Below, in pieces: positions 28,513-39,555 of a DNA stretch of 64,000 nt. Origin of the DNA: an uncultured Chloroflexia bacterium (lineage in GTDB: Bacteria > Chloroflexota > Limnocylindria > Limnocylindrales > CSP1-4); contig CAVXVP010000001.1 of the NCBI GenBank assembly GCA_963765245.1, positions 577,025 to 641,024 of the forward strand, read 5' to 3'. The notes beneath the pieces were generated by a model that made no database searches, was not told where the DNA came from, and was given only the letters and a program-made list of their open reading frames with translations. Both the position numbers and the translations under genes were made by a program. Position 1 is the stretch's first letter, and each line of letters begins with the position of its first letter.

Positions 28513-29731
28513 CTAGACGGCGATTTCGGTCGGCGGATCGGCAGGCGGCGGTGCCTGCGCGGTGTCGTCAGGCGATGGCCAGCCGCGTTCGGAGCGATAT
28601 GCCTCGAGGTACTTCACCACGAACGCCTGCACGACCGCCGCCAGCGGGATCGCGACGATCGCACCGATCGCACCCGCGAGCTGCGCACCGAGCAGGAACG
28701 CGAAGGTGACGACGATCGGGTGGAGCTGGAGCGCGCCGGCACGAACCAGCGGAGCGAGGACATTCTCGTCGATGAACCAGCCGACCAGCATCAGGATCGC
28801 GACGATGACGACGACGTCGGGTCGAACGAACAAGGCGACGAGGACCACCGGCAGCCACGACACGTACGGCCCGTAGATCGGGATCGCCATGATCAATCCG
28901 GTCAGGAACGCCGTCGCCGGCCCGAACGGAAGACCGAACACCAGGCTGACGAGGAGCGCCCAGACCCCATACAGGGCGCCGAGGATGAGCTGGCTCCGGA
29001 TGAAGCCGGCGAAGGCTGTGCCGACGCTGCGTCGGAACAGCAGCACATCGTCGCGCTTCTCGGGTGGCGTCAGGTCGAGGCCCAGGCGTTGGATGCTTTC
29101 CCGGTCGATGGCCATGAAGATGGCGAGGCTGAGGACGACGATCGCATCGACCAGCATCCCCGCGGCCGAGAGCGCCCCGCCGAACGCGCCGACCATCAGG
29201 TCGGCCATGCCGCTCAGGAAGCCGGAAGCGGCTGACTCGAAGGACGCCACGACGTCCACGTCGATGCCCCGAGCGTTCGAGCCACGCCTGGATGTCGGTC
29301 AGCAGGGACGGTGGGTGCGCGACCAGGTCGGGGATCGCGGCGGCGAGCTGAACGAACGACTCGGCAAGGGAGGTGACGATCCAGACGATCACGACTCCGC
29401 CGATCAGGATGACCGGGATGATCACTGCCACGACGGCGATCGGTCGCGGGAGCCGCGTCAGCCGTCGCTGCAGCCAGTCGGCGACCGGTGAGATGAGGAA
29501 CGCCAGCAACCACGCCAGGAAGAAGATCAGGATGAGGTGGAAATAGTCCTTGAAGTAGGAGGCGAGGAACCCGAGGACGACGAACGCCGCCGCGACGGTC
29601 GTCAGCACGATCAAGGCCTCGACCCAATCGGCGCGGCGATCGAGCGCGTCCCGGAGCCGGCCGTACGGCGGGAGCCCAGCCGGTGCGGGGGTGATGCGAG
29701 GGGTCGCGTCTGGCGCTTGCGGCTCGGACAT
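28513..29731 (-). CDS. AI-2E family transporter (PerM/UPF0118), frameshift near 29265
   Basis: ATG 29731 lies inside ORF 28568..30073 (MSEPQAPD...FFLAWLLAFLISPVADWLQRR...). The protein continues in ORF 28513..29259 (...FAGFIRSQLILGALYGVWALLVSLVFGLPFGPATAFLTGLIMAIPIYGPYVSW...). Confidence 0.85.
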
Positions 29732-29834
29732 CGAGGTCACCTCACCGATCGTCGGGATCAAGATGCGACTGGTCCGCGGATAGCGCAAGAAGGCCGGGTC
29801 CGGACATTGCCCGAACCCGGCCTCCCGCTCGCCG

Positions 29835-30264
29835 CTAGACGAGCGCTGCCGACTTCTCGTCAGCGGTGACGCGAGCGTCGATCGCGTCGAGGATCGCCAC
29901 CCGGGCGTTCTCGACGGCCCAGTCGGCGTAGTCGATCGCCGCGTAGGCGTCCGCTTCGGCCAGATCCGCGTCGGAGGCCGCGAAGTCCGCGTCGACCTGA
30001 TCCGCGCGATGCTTTGCCTTGGCCTTGAAGGCGTCGAGGCGGGCCTGCGCCTCGGAGCGCGATCTGCTCCCACGACGACTGCACCTTCTCGGCGGCAGCG
30101 TTCGCTTGCTGATTGGCCTCGGCAAGCGTCCGGTCCGTATCGGCCTGCGCCTGATCGATCCGCTTCTTGAGCTGCTCGTGGTTCTCCTTGGCGGCGGCCG
30201 CCACGGAGGTCCTCAGCTCCTCGACACGATCCTGAAGTTGATCCACCTGCTTGTTGAAGTCCAT
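29835..30264 (-). CDS. Coiled-coil protein of unknown function (about 140 aa), frameshift near 30060
   Basis: ATG 30264 follows GAAAGGAG. The N-terminal part is MDFNKQVDQLQDRVEELRTSVAAAAKENHEQLKKRIDQAQADTDRTLAEANQQANAAAEKVQSSWEQI (ORF 29860..30396). The protein continues SEAQARLDAFKAKAKHRADQVDADFAASDADLAEADAYAAIDYADWAVENARVAILDAIDARV (ORF 29835..30125). Confidence 0.6.
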
Positions 30265-30337
30265 TTCCGATCTCCTTTCTCGTAGTTTCTTGTTCGTTCC
30301 GGAATGTCCGGTTGCCGTATGCCTGTGACCGGCCCCG

Positions 30338-30913
30338 TCAGGAGGCGGCGCCAGCGCTTGTGGTTGAGGCGGTCTCCAGCGTCTTGTTGAGGCCACGGAG
30401 GCGCAGCCCGATCGCGAGGTACATGACGCCGGCGAACAGCGCGTAGAAGCCGATCACGAAGAGGATCGCGAAGGCTCCGTCGCCGGGGGCGACGATGAGG
30501 AACGACCCGAACGCGATCGAGACGATGCCGCTGAGCACGTACAGCCACGGGCTCTCGATGACGTTGCGGAGCCAGATGGCAGTCCCGACCTCGGCGATGC
30601 CGCGCACGAACGCGAACGTGCCGATGAGCAGGGTGAGGGCCACGGCGGTGACCTGCGGGGTGACGAGCGTGTAGACGCCGATGGCGATGCCGACGATGCC
30701 CGCGATCACGAGCAGCCAGCTGGGTCCGCTTGGTGCCGCGGCGCCGAACGCGATGGCCAGGATCCCGTCGGCGATGGCATACACCGCGAAGACGAAGATC
30801 AAGGCCGCGAGCGTCGGCGCCGGTGCCGCGAACGCGAGCACACCAAGGGCGAGGGCCAGGATGCCGCGGAGGACGACCGTCCCCCAGTTCTGGGCGGCAA
30901 GAGTTGTAAGCAT
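30338..30913 (-). CDS. hdeD: HdeD-family (DUF308) acid-resistance membrane protein
   Basis: Intact ORF. MLTTLAAQNWGTVVLRGILALALGVLAF... has repeated DUF308 TM pairs. The RBS is GAAGGAGGG. Confidence 0.85.
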   Translation of the reverse strand: MLTTLAAQNWGTVVLRGILALALGVLAFAAPAPTLAALIFVFAVYAIADGILAIAFGAAAPSGPSWLLVIAGIVGIAIGVYTLVTPQVTAVALTLLIGTFAFVRGIAEVGTAIWLRNVIESPWLYVLSGIVSIAFGSFLIVAPGDGAFAILFVIGFYALFAGVMYLAIGLRLRGLNKTLETASTTSAGAAS

Positions 30914-31136
30914 AGAGAGTCCCTCCTTCGGAACTCAAAGAATGTGGCTGACCACCGGCGCCTTTCCAGACGGGCCCTGCTGAAGGTCGCGTCGGCGGTC
31001 GATGCGTCGGTCCATCTGACCAACGACTTCCGAGTCACACGCTAGGACCGGCGGCCTCGGCCGCGCTTCCGTCCGATGACTGAATTCGCGGCGCAGTCGC
31101 CCCGGTCGATGACTTAGGTCACGCGGGTCGGCGGCG

Positions 31137-33862
31137 TCAGCGCAGGGCCGTGTGGAGCTGGGCACGGGAGGTGATGCCGAGCTTCGGGAACACCCGGTAG
31201 AGGTGCGAGCCGACGGTCCGATGGCTCAGGTACAGGCGCGTCCCGATCTCGCGATTCGAGAGACCGTCGGCGGCGAGACGGGCGATCTGGAGCTCCTGCG
31301 GGGTGAGCTGATCGAGCACGTCGATGCCGCGGTGTCGGGTCGCCTCGCCGCTGGCTCCCAGCTCGTGCTGGGCCCGGTCCGCGAGGTAGCGGACGCCGAT
31401 CGCGTCGAGCATGTCTCGTGCGGAGCGCAACTCGGCCCGCGACTCCGCCACGCGACGCTGTCGCCGCAGCCACGTCCCGTACGCGAGTGACAGGCGCGCC
31501 CGAGCGAGCGGCCAGCGTTCGAGATCCATCGCCCGCGCGATCGCGAAGGCCGTCTCGGCGGCTGTCGCGTCACCGCTCGTGGCAGCCAGCACCGCGCGCC
31601 CGTATGAGACCCCGATCCGCCACCACGGCGTCTTCATCCGGATCGTCGTCGGCTTCGAGGCGGGCCAGCACCTGCGTCGCAGCGGCGCTGTGATCGGTCA
31701 AGGTGGCCGCGTCGGCAAAGTCCGAGATGGCCCAGCCACCGACCGACGGGTGGTACGAGGGATGAGCCGGGTCGAACAGGTGACGGAGCTGCTCGTACGC
31801 CTCGTCGTTGCGGCCGGCCGCAAGATCGATGATCCCGCGGGCATGCCGCGTCTCGGCGAGCACGCCTTGGGCCTGCGCACCCGAGCGTGACGCGCTCGAC
31901 GTTGCCGATCCGGGCCTCGGCGCCGGTGATGTCGCCCCGATAGGCGAGGTAGATCGCCTGGCTCACGTCGGCGGTCGCGAGGTAGAAGGGCTGGCGTGTT
32001 TCGATCCCGAGCCGGCAGCCCTCGTCGAGGTCGGAGGCCACGGTCTCCAGCGCCCCGAGGTGAACGCCGCCGAAGGCGCGGATCGTCAGCGCCCGGGCGA
32101 GCAGGCCGAGCCGGCCCTCCTGGCGGAGGCCCGCGATCGAGGCACTGAGGAAGTCGACGACGAGATCCAACGCGCCCAGCCAGAGGGCGGCCGTCGCGAA
32201 TCGCCGCCCGTCGGCCCCACTGACGGGCTCCGCCCGACCTCGCGAGCTCGGTCAGATAGGCCAGCAACTCGTCGACGTGGTCCTCCGGCGCGATCGAGCT
32301 CAGGAACACGACGCGGGAGTCGGTCCGGTCGGCAAGCTCGCGCGCGGTGCTGGCGATCTGCGAGCGGATCTCGGGGCCTGGGTCCAGCCACCAGCTGCGG
32401 GCGGAGGCGAATTGGAGCAGGGCAAGGCCCAGATCCGCCTGGCCCGCCTCTCCTGCCCGTTTCGCCGCGGCGATGACGGACCGAAGTTTCGCCTTCTCGC
32501 GCGGTGACCGCGGCCCGGTCAGAGACAACGCCGTGATCCAAGCCTGGCGGCGATCCTCGAGGACCGGGACGTCGATCGGCTCCGCATCGGCGAGCATCTG
32601 GCCGATCACGTCCATGTGACCGATCTCGTTCGCGACGTCCGCGGCGCGCAGGAGCCGCGTACCCCGCTCGCGGCCGTCAGCACTCAGCGTCGCCGCCCGC
32701 TGGAGGGCCGCAACCGCGACGGTGAGTGCGCCCCGCTGGATCGCTCGATCGGCGGCGGCGTCGAGGAGCGCGGCGACCGACTCGTCGGGCGCGTCGGTCG
32801 CGGCTGCACGATGCCATGCCGCCCGATCGAAGTCGCCCACGACTCCCGCCAGCGCGAGGTGTGCCTCGCGCTGTTGCTCGATGGTCGCCCGCTGCTGGAC
32901 CGCCGAACGGATCAGCGGATGACGGAATTGAAGCGATTGGCCGTCGACCTCGATGAGTCGGGCGTTGACCGCCGGCGTGATGGTCGCGGCCGGGACGCCG
33001 GCGGCAGTCACGATCTCCGAGACCCCGTCGCGGTCGTCGAGCGCGGCGATCAGCAGGAGCCACCTTGTGTCTTGGGGAAGGTCATCCGCGCGCGCCGCAA
33101 ACTCACGCTCGAGCCGCGCGCTGAGGGGAAGGAGGTCAGGGAGCCCCTCGCCGGATGCAGTGTCGTCACGGATCGTCGCCGAGAGCTCGGCGAGGGCGAG
33201 GGGGTTCCCGACGGCCTCCTGGAGGATCCGATCCCGCACGAGCGGGGCGAGCCCAGGCGCGATCCTCGACACCATCTCCCGCGCGTCACGATCGCTCAGA
33301 GGGCGGAGGGCCAGCTCGGCGATGCCAGCCCCTTCGAGTGGCGATGCCTCGCCATCGCGTACGCCGACCACCATCACGAGCGGATCGGAGCCGAGGCGGC
33401 GAGCGACGAAGGCGAGCGCATCGGCGGACGGGCGATCGAGCCACTGGACGTCATCGGCGACGACCAGGATCGGGGTACGGGCGGCAGCGTCCGCGAGAAG
33501 CGTCAGCGTGGCCAGGGCGATGAGGAAGGGGTCCTCGCCGCTCCCTCGACGAGACCGAACGCCACACCGAGCGCTGCGTGCTGCGGCTTTGGCAACGCCT
33601 CGAGCCCGCCGATGATCGGTCGGAGCAGCTGGTGCAGGCCGGCGAACGGCAGGTTCGCCTCGGTCCGGACGCCCGTCGTCCGGAGGACTCGCATCCCGGC
33701 GGCCTGGCCCAGCACGACAGCCCGCTCCAGCAGAGCCGACTTGCCGATCCCTGCGTCGCCGTGGATCAGGAGCGCGCCGCCACCGGCCTGCGCCGTGGCG
33801 ACGAGGCCGGCGATGATTCCCAGCTCCTCGTCCCGGCCGAGGATGCCTTCGTTCGCGATCAC
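31137..33862 (-). CDS. Large ATP-binding LuxR-family (LAL-type) transcriptional regulator: AAA/STAND ATPase, helical repeats and a C-terminal LuxR HTH; at least 4 frameshifts
   Basis: The fragments are 33503..33862 (P-loop GDAGIGKSALL), 31698..33890 (middle), 31634..32170, 31570..31863 and 31137..31637 (LTPQELQIARLAADGLSNREIGTRLYLSHRTVGSHLYRVFPKLGI). Joins are near 33520, 32200, 31880 and 31630. Confidence 0.85.
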
Positions 33863-33976
33863 CGGCGCACGTTCCCGCGCCGGGCGACATCCACCTCCGG
33901 ACCCTCCCTCATGGTCGCGTGATAATCCCTCCTCGGGACGGCGGAGTCCAGAGGCAGCCGTCCTTTGGACGCGCCC

Positions 33977-35266
33977 CTACCTTCGTCGGCTCCAGGTCGT
34001 CCGGGCGCTCGGCTGGAGCTCGGAACGCTCTTCGAGCTCGGGCAGCGGCTCATCGGTCGTTCGCTGGCGCGCTTCGATCCATCGGCCGTAGCGAGCAGCG
34101 AGCGGGTTGGCAGTCAATCCGTGGGCGACGACCGACAGGAGGACCGTCCAGCCGACCGTCCTCGCCAGCGCGTCGGTCGCCCCACCTGACTCGGTCAAGG
34201 CGTCGAGGGCCAGGAGCCCGAACACGATCGAGGCCAGGCCGCGCGGTCCGAACCAGCCCACGAACGCGACGGTCGGGAGCGCCAGACGGCTGCCGACCAT
34301 CGATATCGCGACCGGCACCATGCGGATGACCGTGAGGCTGAGGATCGCGTAGAGGATCGGGCGCACGTCCTGGACATCACGGATCAGCGAGCCGACGAAC
34401 GTCGCCCCGAAGACCAACCAGACGCCGATCGACAGGAGGATCCCGGCGACCTCGCTGAACTCCTCGGCATGCTCCTCGCCCTTGCGTGTCGCGGCGCCGA
34501 ACGCCAGCCCTGCCACGAATGCCGCGATGAATCCGTTGCCGCCAAGCGTCAGCGAGACGACATACGCCCCGAGCGCCAGCGCAAGCACGGCGATCTGACG
34601 GGACAGCTCGGAGGTCAGCTTCCGTCGGTCGGCCGCAACGAGAAGGAGGCCGCCGACAGCCCCGACCACGACTCCCGCGACGATGGCGATCGCGATCTCC
34701 TCGACCGCGTCGGCGAGATGGATGCCCTCCGAGCCGCGGGTGGCTGTCGCGAGCGAGATGAAGAGAACGACGAACGGCGTCGCGATGCCATCGTTGAGCC
34801 CGCTTTCGACGTTGAGGACGCGCCGGATCCGGATCGGGACGGCAGGGTTCGCCACGACGGGCAGGCCCAGGGCAGCGTCGGTCGGAGCGAGGATCGCCCC
34901 GATGAGCAGCGCGGTCGCCACTGGCAGCTCGGGAAAGACGAGCCAGGCGACGAGCCCGCCGGCCGCGATCGTCAGCAGGAGCCCGATCCCGAGGAGTCGA
35001 CCGACCAGGCCGGCGTCGCGGCGGAGTCGGTCCACGTCGACGGTCGAGGCGTCGGTGAACAGGACGAGGGCAAGGGTCAGCTCGGCAAGCTGCCGGATCG
35101 TCGACGACTCGATGTCGATGTGGAGCACGCCCAGGACGTCCGGTCCGAGCAGCAGGCCGGCCAGGACGAAGAACACCGCAGGACCGATCGACGCCTGGTC
35201 GAGTCGGTTGGCGATGAGCGCGTAGCCCGCCAGGAGCAGGACGAACAGCGCGATCCCGGTTTCCGT
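33977..35266 (-). CDS. Cation:proton antiporter (CPA1, Na+/H+ exchanger family); N-terminus lacks a canonical start codon
   Basis: ORF 33977..35176 contains ILAPTDAALG and NVESGLNDGIATPF. The in-frame upstream sequence TETGIALFVLLLAGYALIANRLDQASIGPA looks like TM1. However, there is no ATG, GTG or TTG between it and the in-frame TAG at 35315-35317. Confidence 0.8.
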   Translation of the reverse strand, partial: TETGIALFVLLLAGYALIANRLDQASIGPAVFFVLAGLLLGPDVLGVLHIDIESSTIRQLAELTLALVLFTDASTVDVDRLRRDAGLVGRLLGIGLLLTIAAGGLVAWLVFPELPVATALLIGAILAPTDAALGLPVVANPAVPIRIRRVLNVESGLNDGIATPFVVLFISLATATRGSEGIHLADAVEEIAIAIVAGVVVGAVGGLLLVAADRRKLTSELSRQIAVLALALGAYVVSLTLGGNGFIAAFVAGLAFGAATRKGEEHAEEFSEVAGILLSIGVWLVFGATFVGSLIRDVQDVRPILYAILSLTVIRMVPVAISMVGSRLALPTVAFVGWFGPRGLASIVFGLLALDALTESGGATDALARTVGWTVLLSVVAHGLTANPLAARYGRWIEARQRTTDEPLPELEERSELQPSARTTWSRRR

Positions 35267-35536
35267 AGGCCCCTCCGACGCCTGTAGCTCGCCCGACCTT
35301 GGGGACGTTGTCGCCTACTGTGACGGTCGCGACCCGGACCCGCCACGCCTTTCGCGCGCCGCTCATCGATCGCGGTCTTGGCCGTTCCTAACCGGGCACC
35401 GAAATAGGGCCAATCGGCGCGGCTGAGCGTGCGGCGCATCGCGGCCGACGAACGAGTCCCTGGACGGTTCCCGCCGCAAGTGATGGGCGACCTGGTCGGC
35501 GCCGGGTTGGTCGAGGGACCGTCGAGGTTCGCTCCT

Positions 35537-36271
35537 TCAGGGGGCGCCGACCCCGATCACGAGGCCGACCGCATAGGTAAACCCGGCCGCGACGGCCCCG
35601 AGGCAGACCTGCCGTAGGGCCCCGTACCAGGCTGGCCGGCGGGTGAGGGCCGCTATCCCTGCCCCGAGGAACGCCAGTGCGGCCAGGCTGACAGACAGGC
35701 TGGCCACGAACGCTGCCATTCCTGCGCCGAGGAGGTACGGCAACAGCGGGATGAACGCGCCGGTCGTGAACGCGATGAAGGAGCCGAGGGCGGCGGCCAG
35801 CGGCGAGCCGATCGATCGGGCGTCGAGGCCGACCTCTTCGAAGATGAGGAGGCGGACGGCATGGTCCGGATCGGCGAAGACGGCGTCGACGAACCGATCG
35901 GCCTCCTCGGGGCCGAACCCACGCTCGACGTACAGCTTGGCCAGGATCGCTCGCTCTTGGTCGGGGGCCTCACGGAGTTGTTTGCGCTGGAAGGCTAGCT
36001 GGTAGTCGAGCAGCTCCCGCTGGCTCTGGACCGAGACGTACTCGCCGACGCCCATGCTGAAGGCGCCCGCGATAAGCCCGGCCACACCGGCGAGCACGAT
36101 GATCCCGTTGTCCGACGTCGCGCCAGCGACGCCCATCACCAGGGCGAGGTTGGACACGAGCCCATCGTTCGCACCGAAGACGATCGGTCGAAGGACGCTG
36201 TTTGCCCTGGTCTCGTGGGGTTCCGAGGCCTCTGGCAGCGATCGGTCATCGATCGCGGCGCTACGCATCAT
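35537..36271 (-). CDS. VIT1/CCC1-family iron/manganese transporter
   Basis: Intact ORF containing RPIVFGANDGLVSNLALVMGVAG, GEYVSVQSQRE and C-terminal TM helices. Confidence 0.88.
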   Translation of the reverse strand: MMRSAAIDDRSLPEASEPHETRANSVLRPIVFGANDGLVSNLALVMGVAGATSDNGIIVLAGVAGLIAGAFSMGVGEYVSVQSQRELLDYQLAFQRKQLREAPDQERAILAKLYVERGFGPEEADRFVDAVFADPDHAVRLLIFEEVGLDARSIGSPLAAALGSFIAFTTGAFIPLLPYLLGAGMAAFVASLSVSLAALAFLGAGIAALTRRPAWYGALRQVCLGAVAAGFTYAVGLVIGVGAP

Positions 36272-36517
36272 GGCCGTCCATCTCGTCTCCGCGGGATTCA
36301 GGACCTGTCCGCAGGCGCGGTCGAAACGGGTCCGACCCTGACGCTACGTCGGTCCAGCATCGTCGACCAAGGGCCGGACCGCCTGATTCGGGATGGCCGA
36401 AACGGCCGAACGGTCCTTTTGGCACTGCCGCCGGGCATGTTGCGGCGTAGACGCTTGGGACCGTACCGGCCGACGTCGCCCCGACCACGCCAGGTGCGTC
36501 GGACAGGATTTCGCAGC

Positions 36518-39313
36518 ATGAGCGTGCTCCCAGGCGACGGCAGATCCTCGAGAGTACAGATCGAGGACGACCCCGCGATGGATCGGGTCCGGGACCCGTG
36601 GGCGGTCGATGCTCAGGAGGTCTTCGCCTCCGTCGGCTCCGACGCAGATCGGGGCCTCGACCCCGACCAGGCTCGGCATCGCCTGATCGCCCACGGGCCG
36701 AACGAGCTCGAGGCGCGCGCCGCCAAATCCGCTTGGCGCCTGCTGGCCGAGCAGTTCACCAACGCGATGATCCTGGTCCTGCTCGGCGCCGCCGCGATCA
36801 CAGCGGCCATCGGCGACCTCAAGGACACCGCCATCATCCTGGTCATCGTCGCGCTCAACGGGATCATCGGGTTCGTCCAGGAATACCGGGCCGAACAGGC
36901 GATGGACGCCCTGAAACGCATGACCAGCCCGTTGGCGCGCGTCGTTCGTGCCGGCGTCACGACCGTCGTCCCGGCCGCCGAGCTCGTGCCGGGCGACCTC
37001 GTGCGCCTCGACGCCGGGGACGTCGTGACTGCCGACATGCGCCTGGTCGAGGCCAGGTCCCTCCGGATCAATGAAGCCGCCCTGACCGGCGAATCGGAAC
37101 CCGCAAGCAAGACCACGGGTCCGATCTCGGATGTCACCGCGGCGGTCCTCGCCGACCAGCGGAACATGGCCTTCAGTGGCACCGCCGTGACCTATGGACG
37201 GGGCCTGGGCCTGGTCGTGGCGACCGGAATGCAGACGGCCCTCGGACGGATCGCCGAACTCCTCGAGGAACGTGGCGGTGGCCAGACACCGCTCCAGCGG
37301 CGGCTGTCGACACTGGGCAAGCGACTGGCGGTCGCGGCATTCCTCGTGTGCATCTTCGTCTTCGTCAGCGGTGTCGCCCGTGGCGAGCCGGCCGATGTGA
37401 TGTTCCTGACAGCGGTGAGTCTCGCGGTCGCGGCTATCCCCGAAGGCCTTCCGGCCGTTGTCACGATAGCCCTGGCTCTGGGCGCCCGACGGATGGCCCA
37501 ACGACACGCGCTCGTCCGCAAGCTGCCGGCCGTCGAGACCCTCGGGTCGGTCACCGTGATCTGCAGCGACAAGACCGGCACCCTGACCGAGAACCGCATG
37601 CTCGCCGAGAGGGTCTGGACTCCGACCGGCGACTATCGCGTGACCGGCGATGGCTACGCGCCGATCGGGCGGTTCGATCCGGAGCCGGCGAACGACACGT
37701 TCCTGGAGCGACTCGCCAGGGTCGCCGCCGCCTGCAACGATGCGTCGCTCCATGCCCCGGCGACGAGCGAGGACCCGTGGACCATCAGCGGCGATCCGAC
37801 CGAGGCAGCGCTCCTGTCCCTGGCCGCGAAACTCGATGTCGATCCCCGCGCGGTCGCCGCAGCCTGCCCGCGCGTCGAAGAGCTGACATTCGACCCCGAG
37901 CGGCGACGCATGGCAACCATCCACAGGGCCGGTTCAGAGGTGTGGGTCGCGGTGAAAGGGGCTCTGGAGGCGATCGGCCCACTCCTCGATCCGACCGAGG
38001 CCGACCTGCAGCGGCAGGCCGAGCATGTCGCCGAGCGCTACGCCGCCGACGGCTACCGCGTCCTCGCGTTGGCAGAGCGGACGATCGACGACGTCCCCGC
38101 CCGGCTCGACGACGCCGAGCACGGCCTTCACCTTCTGGGGATCGTCGGGATGGCCGACCCACCACGCGAGGCCTCGGCCCCGTCGATCGCGGCCTGCCGT
38201 GCGGCCGGCATCACCCCGATCATGATCACCGGCGATCACCCGCTCACCGCCAACGCGATCGCCCGACGGATCGGCGTCCTGCGCGACGGCGGACGCAGCC
38301 TGACCGGCGCCGAACTCGAGCAGCTCGATGACGCCGCGTTTGATGCGATCGTGGCCGATGTGGCGGTCTACGCGCGGACCAACCCCGAACAGAAGCTTCG
38401 GATCGTGGATGCGTGGCGGCGCCGCGGGGCGGTCGTCTCGATGACGGGCGACGGCGTGAACGACGCCCCGGCACTGCGGCGGGCCGACATCGGGGTCGCG
38501 ATGGGCGTCACCGGGACCGAGGTCAGCAAGGAGGCGGCCGACATGGTCCTCGCCGACGACGACTTCGCGACGATCATCGCCGCCGTCGAGGAAGGCCGCC
38601 GCATCTACGACAACATCCGGCGCTTCGTCCGCTACCTGTTGACCACGAACTCGGCCGAGATCTGGGTTATGACGCTTGCCCCGTTCCTCGGCCTCCCCTT
38701 TCCCCTGCTGGCCGTCCAGATCCTGTGGGTCAACCTGGTCACCGATGGGCTGCCGGCCCTCGCCCTGGGTGTCGAGCCGACGGAGCGCGGCACGATGCAC
38801 CGGCCGCCGCGGTCGCCGTCCGAATCGCTCTTCGCCCGCGGCCTGTGGCAGCACACGATCTGGGTCGGGCTCCTGATGGCGGCCGTTGCTCTCGCGGTCC
38901 AGGCCTACGCGATCGGCCAGGGCTGGCCGTGGCAGACGATGGTCTTCGCGACCCTGGCCCTCCTCCAGCTCGGGCATGCGCTGGCGATCCGGTCGGAGAC
39001 GGACAGCCTTTTCCGGCTTGGCCTCCGATCGAACCTGCCACTGACGATAGCTGTGGCGGGCACCTTCGTCGTGCAGATGGCCCTCATCTTCGTCCCGGCC
39101 CTGCAGCCGATCTTCGGGACGGTCGCGCTGACGCTGCCCCAGCTGGCATTGGTCCTGGTCGCTTCCACCCTCGGTTTCGCAGCGGTCGAGATCGAGAAGT
39201 GGGTCGGTCGCCGGACGTCTGGCCCGCACGTTGGCCGGGCACCGCGAGCGTGGGCCCAGGTCCATCGGTCTGGACGGTGTCGGCCCCGGCTCAAGTCCCG
39301 CGCGGTCCGATGA
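36518..39313 (+). CDS. Cation-transporting P-type ATPase (P2-type, SERCA/CtpF-like)
   Basis: Lies within ORF 36215..39313. Motifs are [35 protein letters not shown] and [22 protein letters not shown]. Plausible starts are ATG 36518 and ATG 36578 ([16 protein letters not shown]...). No frameshift was detected. Confidence 0.92.
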   Translation: MSVLPGDGRSSRVQIEDDPAMDRVRDPWAVDAQEVFASVGSDADRGLDPDQARHRLIAHGPNELEARAAKSAWRLLAEQFTNAMILVLLGAAAITAAIGDLKDTAIILVIVALNGIIGFVQEYRAEQAMDALKRMTSPLARVVRAGVTTVVPAAELVPGDLVRLDAGDVVTADMRLVEARSLRINEAALTGESEPASKTTGPISDVTAAVLADQRNMAFSGTAVTYGRGLGLVVATGMQTALGRIAELLEERGGGQTPLQRRLSTLGKRLAVAAFLVCIFVFVSGVARGEPADVMFLTAVSLAVAAIPEGLPAVVTIALALGARRMAQRHALVRKLPAVETLGSVTVICSDKTGTLTENRMLAERVWTPTGDYRVTGDGYAPIGRFDPEPANDTFLERLARVAAACNDASLHAPATSEDPWTISGDPTEAALLSLAAKLDVDPRAVAAACPRVEELTFDPERRRMATIHRAGSEVWVAVKGALEAIGPLLDPTEADLQRQAEHVAERYAADGYRVLALAERTIDDVPARLDDAEHGLHLLGIVGMADPPREASAPSIAACRAAGITPIMITGDHPLTANAIARRIGVLRDGGRSLTGAELEQLDDAAFDAIVADVAVYARTNPEQKLRIVDAWRRRGAVVSMTGDGVNDAPALRRADIGVAMGVTGTEVSKEAADMVLADDDFATIIAAVEEGRRIYDNIRRFVRYLLTTNSAEIWVMTLAPFLGLPFPLLAVQILWVNLVTDGLPALALGVEPTERGTMHRPPRSPSESLFARGLWQHTIWVGLLMAAVALAVQAYAIGQGWPWQTMVFATLALLQLGHALAIRSETDSLFRLGLRSNLPLTIAVAGTFVVQMALIFVPALQPIFGTVALTLPQLALVLVASTLGFAAVEIEKWVGRRTSGPHVGRAPRAWAQVHRSGRCRPRLKSRAVR

Positions 39314-39444
39314 GTCGATAGGGTGTGCGAGGAGATGTTCGGCCGGCGCGATCGGTCATGCGGCTCTGGCGCGCTAGCCCCTCCGACCCCGACAATACGG
39401 ATACGGAAGTCCGCCGAGTCACCGGAAAGAGGAGGGCGGATGCG

Positions 39445-39555
39445 ATGCAGTTCGGCCTTGGTCTCACCGGTCTGGCCATCCTCATCGCCGTATCACTCGG
39501 TTGGTTGTCATCCTGTCGCCCCGACCCGAATAGGAATCGATCATGCGAATCCTAA
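39445..39555 (+). CDS. Possible 36-aa membrane peptide (MQFGLGLTGLAILIAVSLGWLSSCRPDPNRNRSCES) overlapping the USP start
   Basis: ATG 39445 lies 8-10 nt after GAAAGAGGAGGG and is in frame with ORF 39325..39555. The peptide has a single hydrophobic helix. A competing ATG at 39440 opens a non-hydrophobic frame. Confidence 0.35.
   Translation: MQFGLGLTGLAILIAVSLGWLSSCRPDPNRNRSCES

Noticed and set aside
31074-31114. A direct repeat, cgatgact, at 31074-31081 and 31107-31114, between the LuxR-type gene's 3' end and hdeD.
   Set aside because: It is an 8-nt repeat with two copies, 160-200 nt from the hdeD start. That is too short and too few copies to call a binding site.
36272-36577. A possible Mn2+ (yybP-ykoY) or other riboswitch in the leader of the P-type ATPase or VIT1 genes.
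   Set aside because: I could not find the conserved yybP-ykoY core sequences or a convincing four-way junction by eye. A covariance-model scan is needed, so no call is made.
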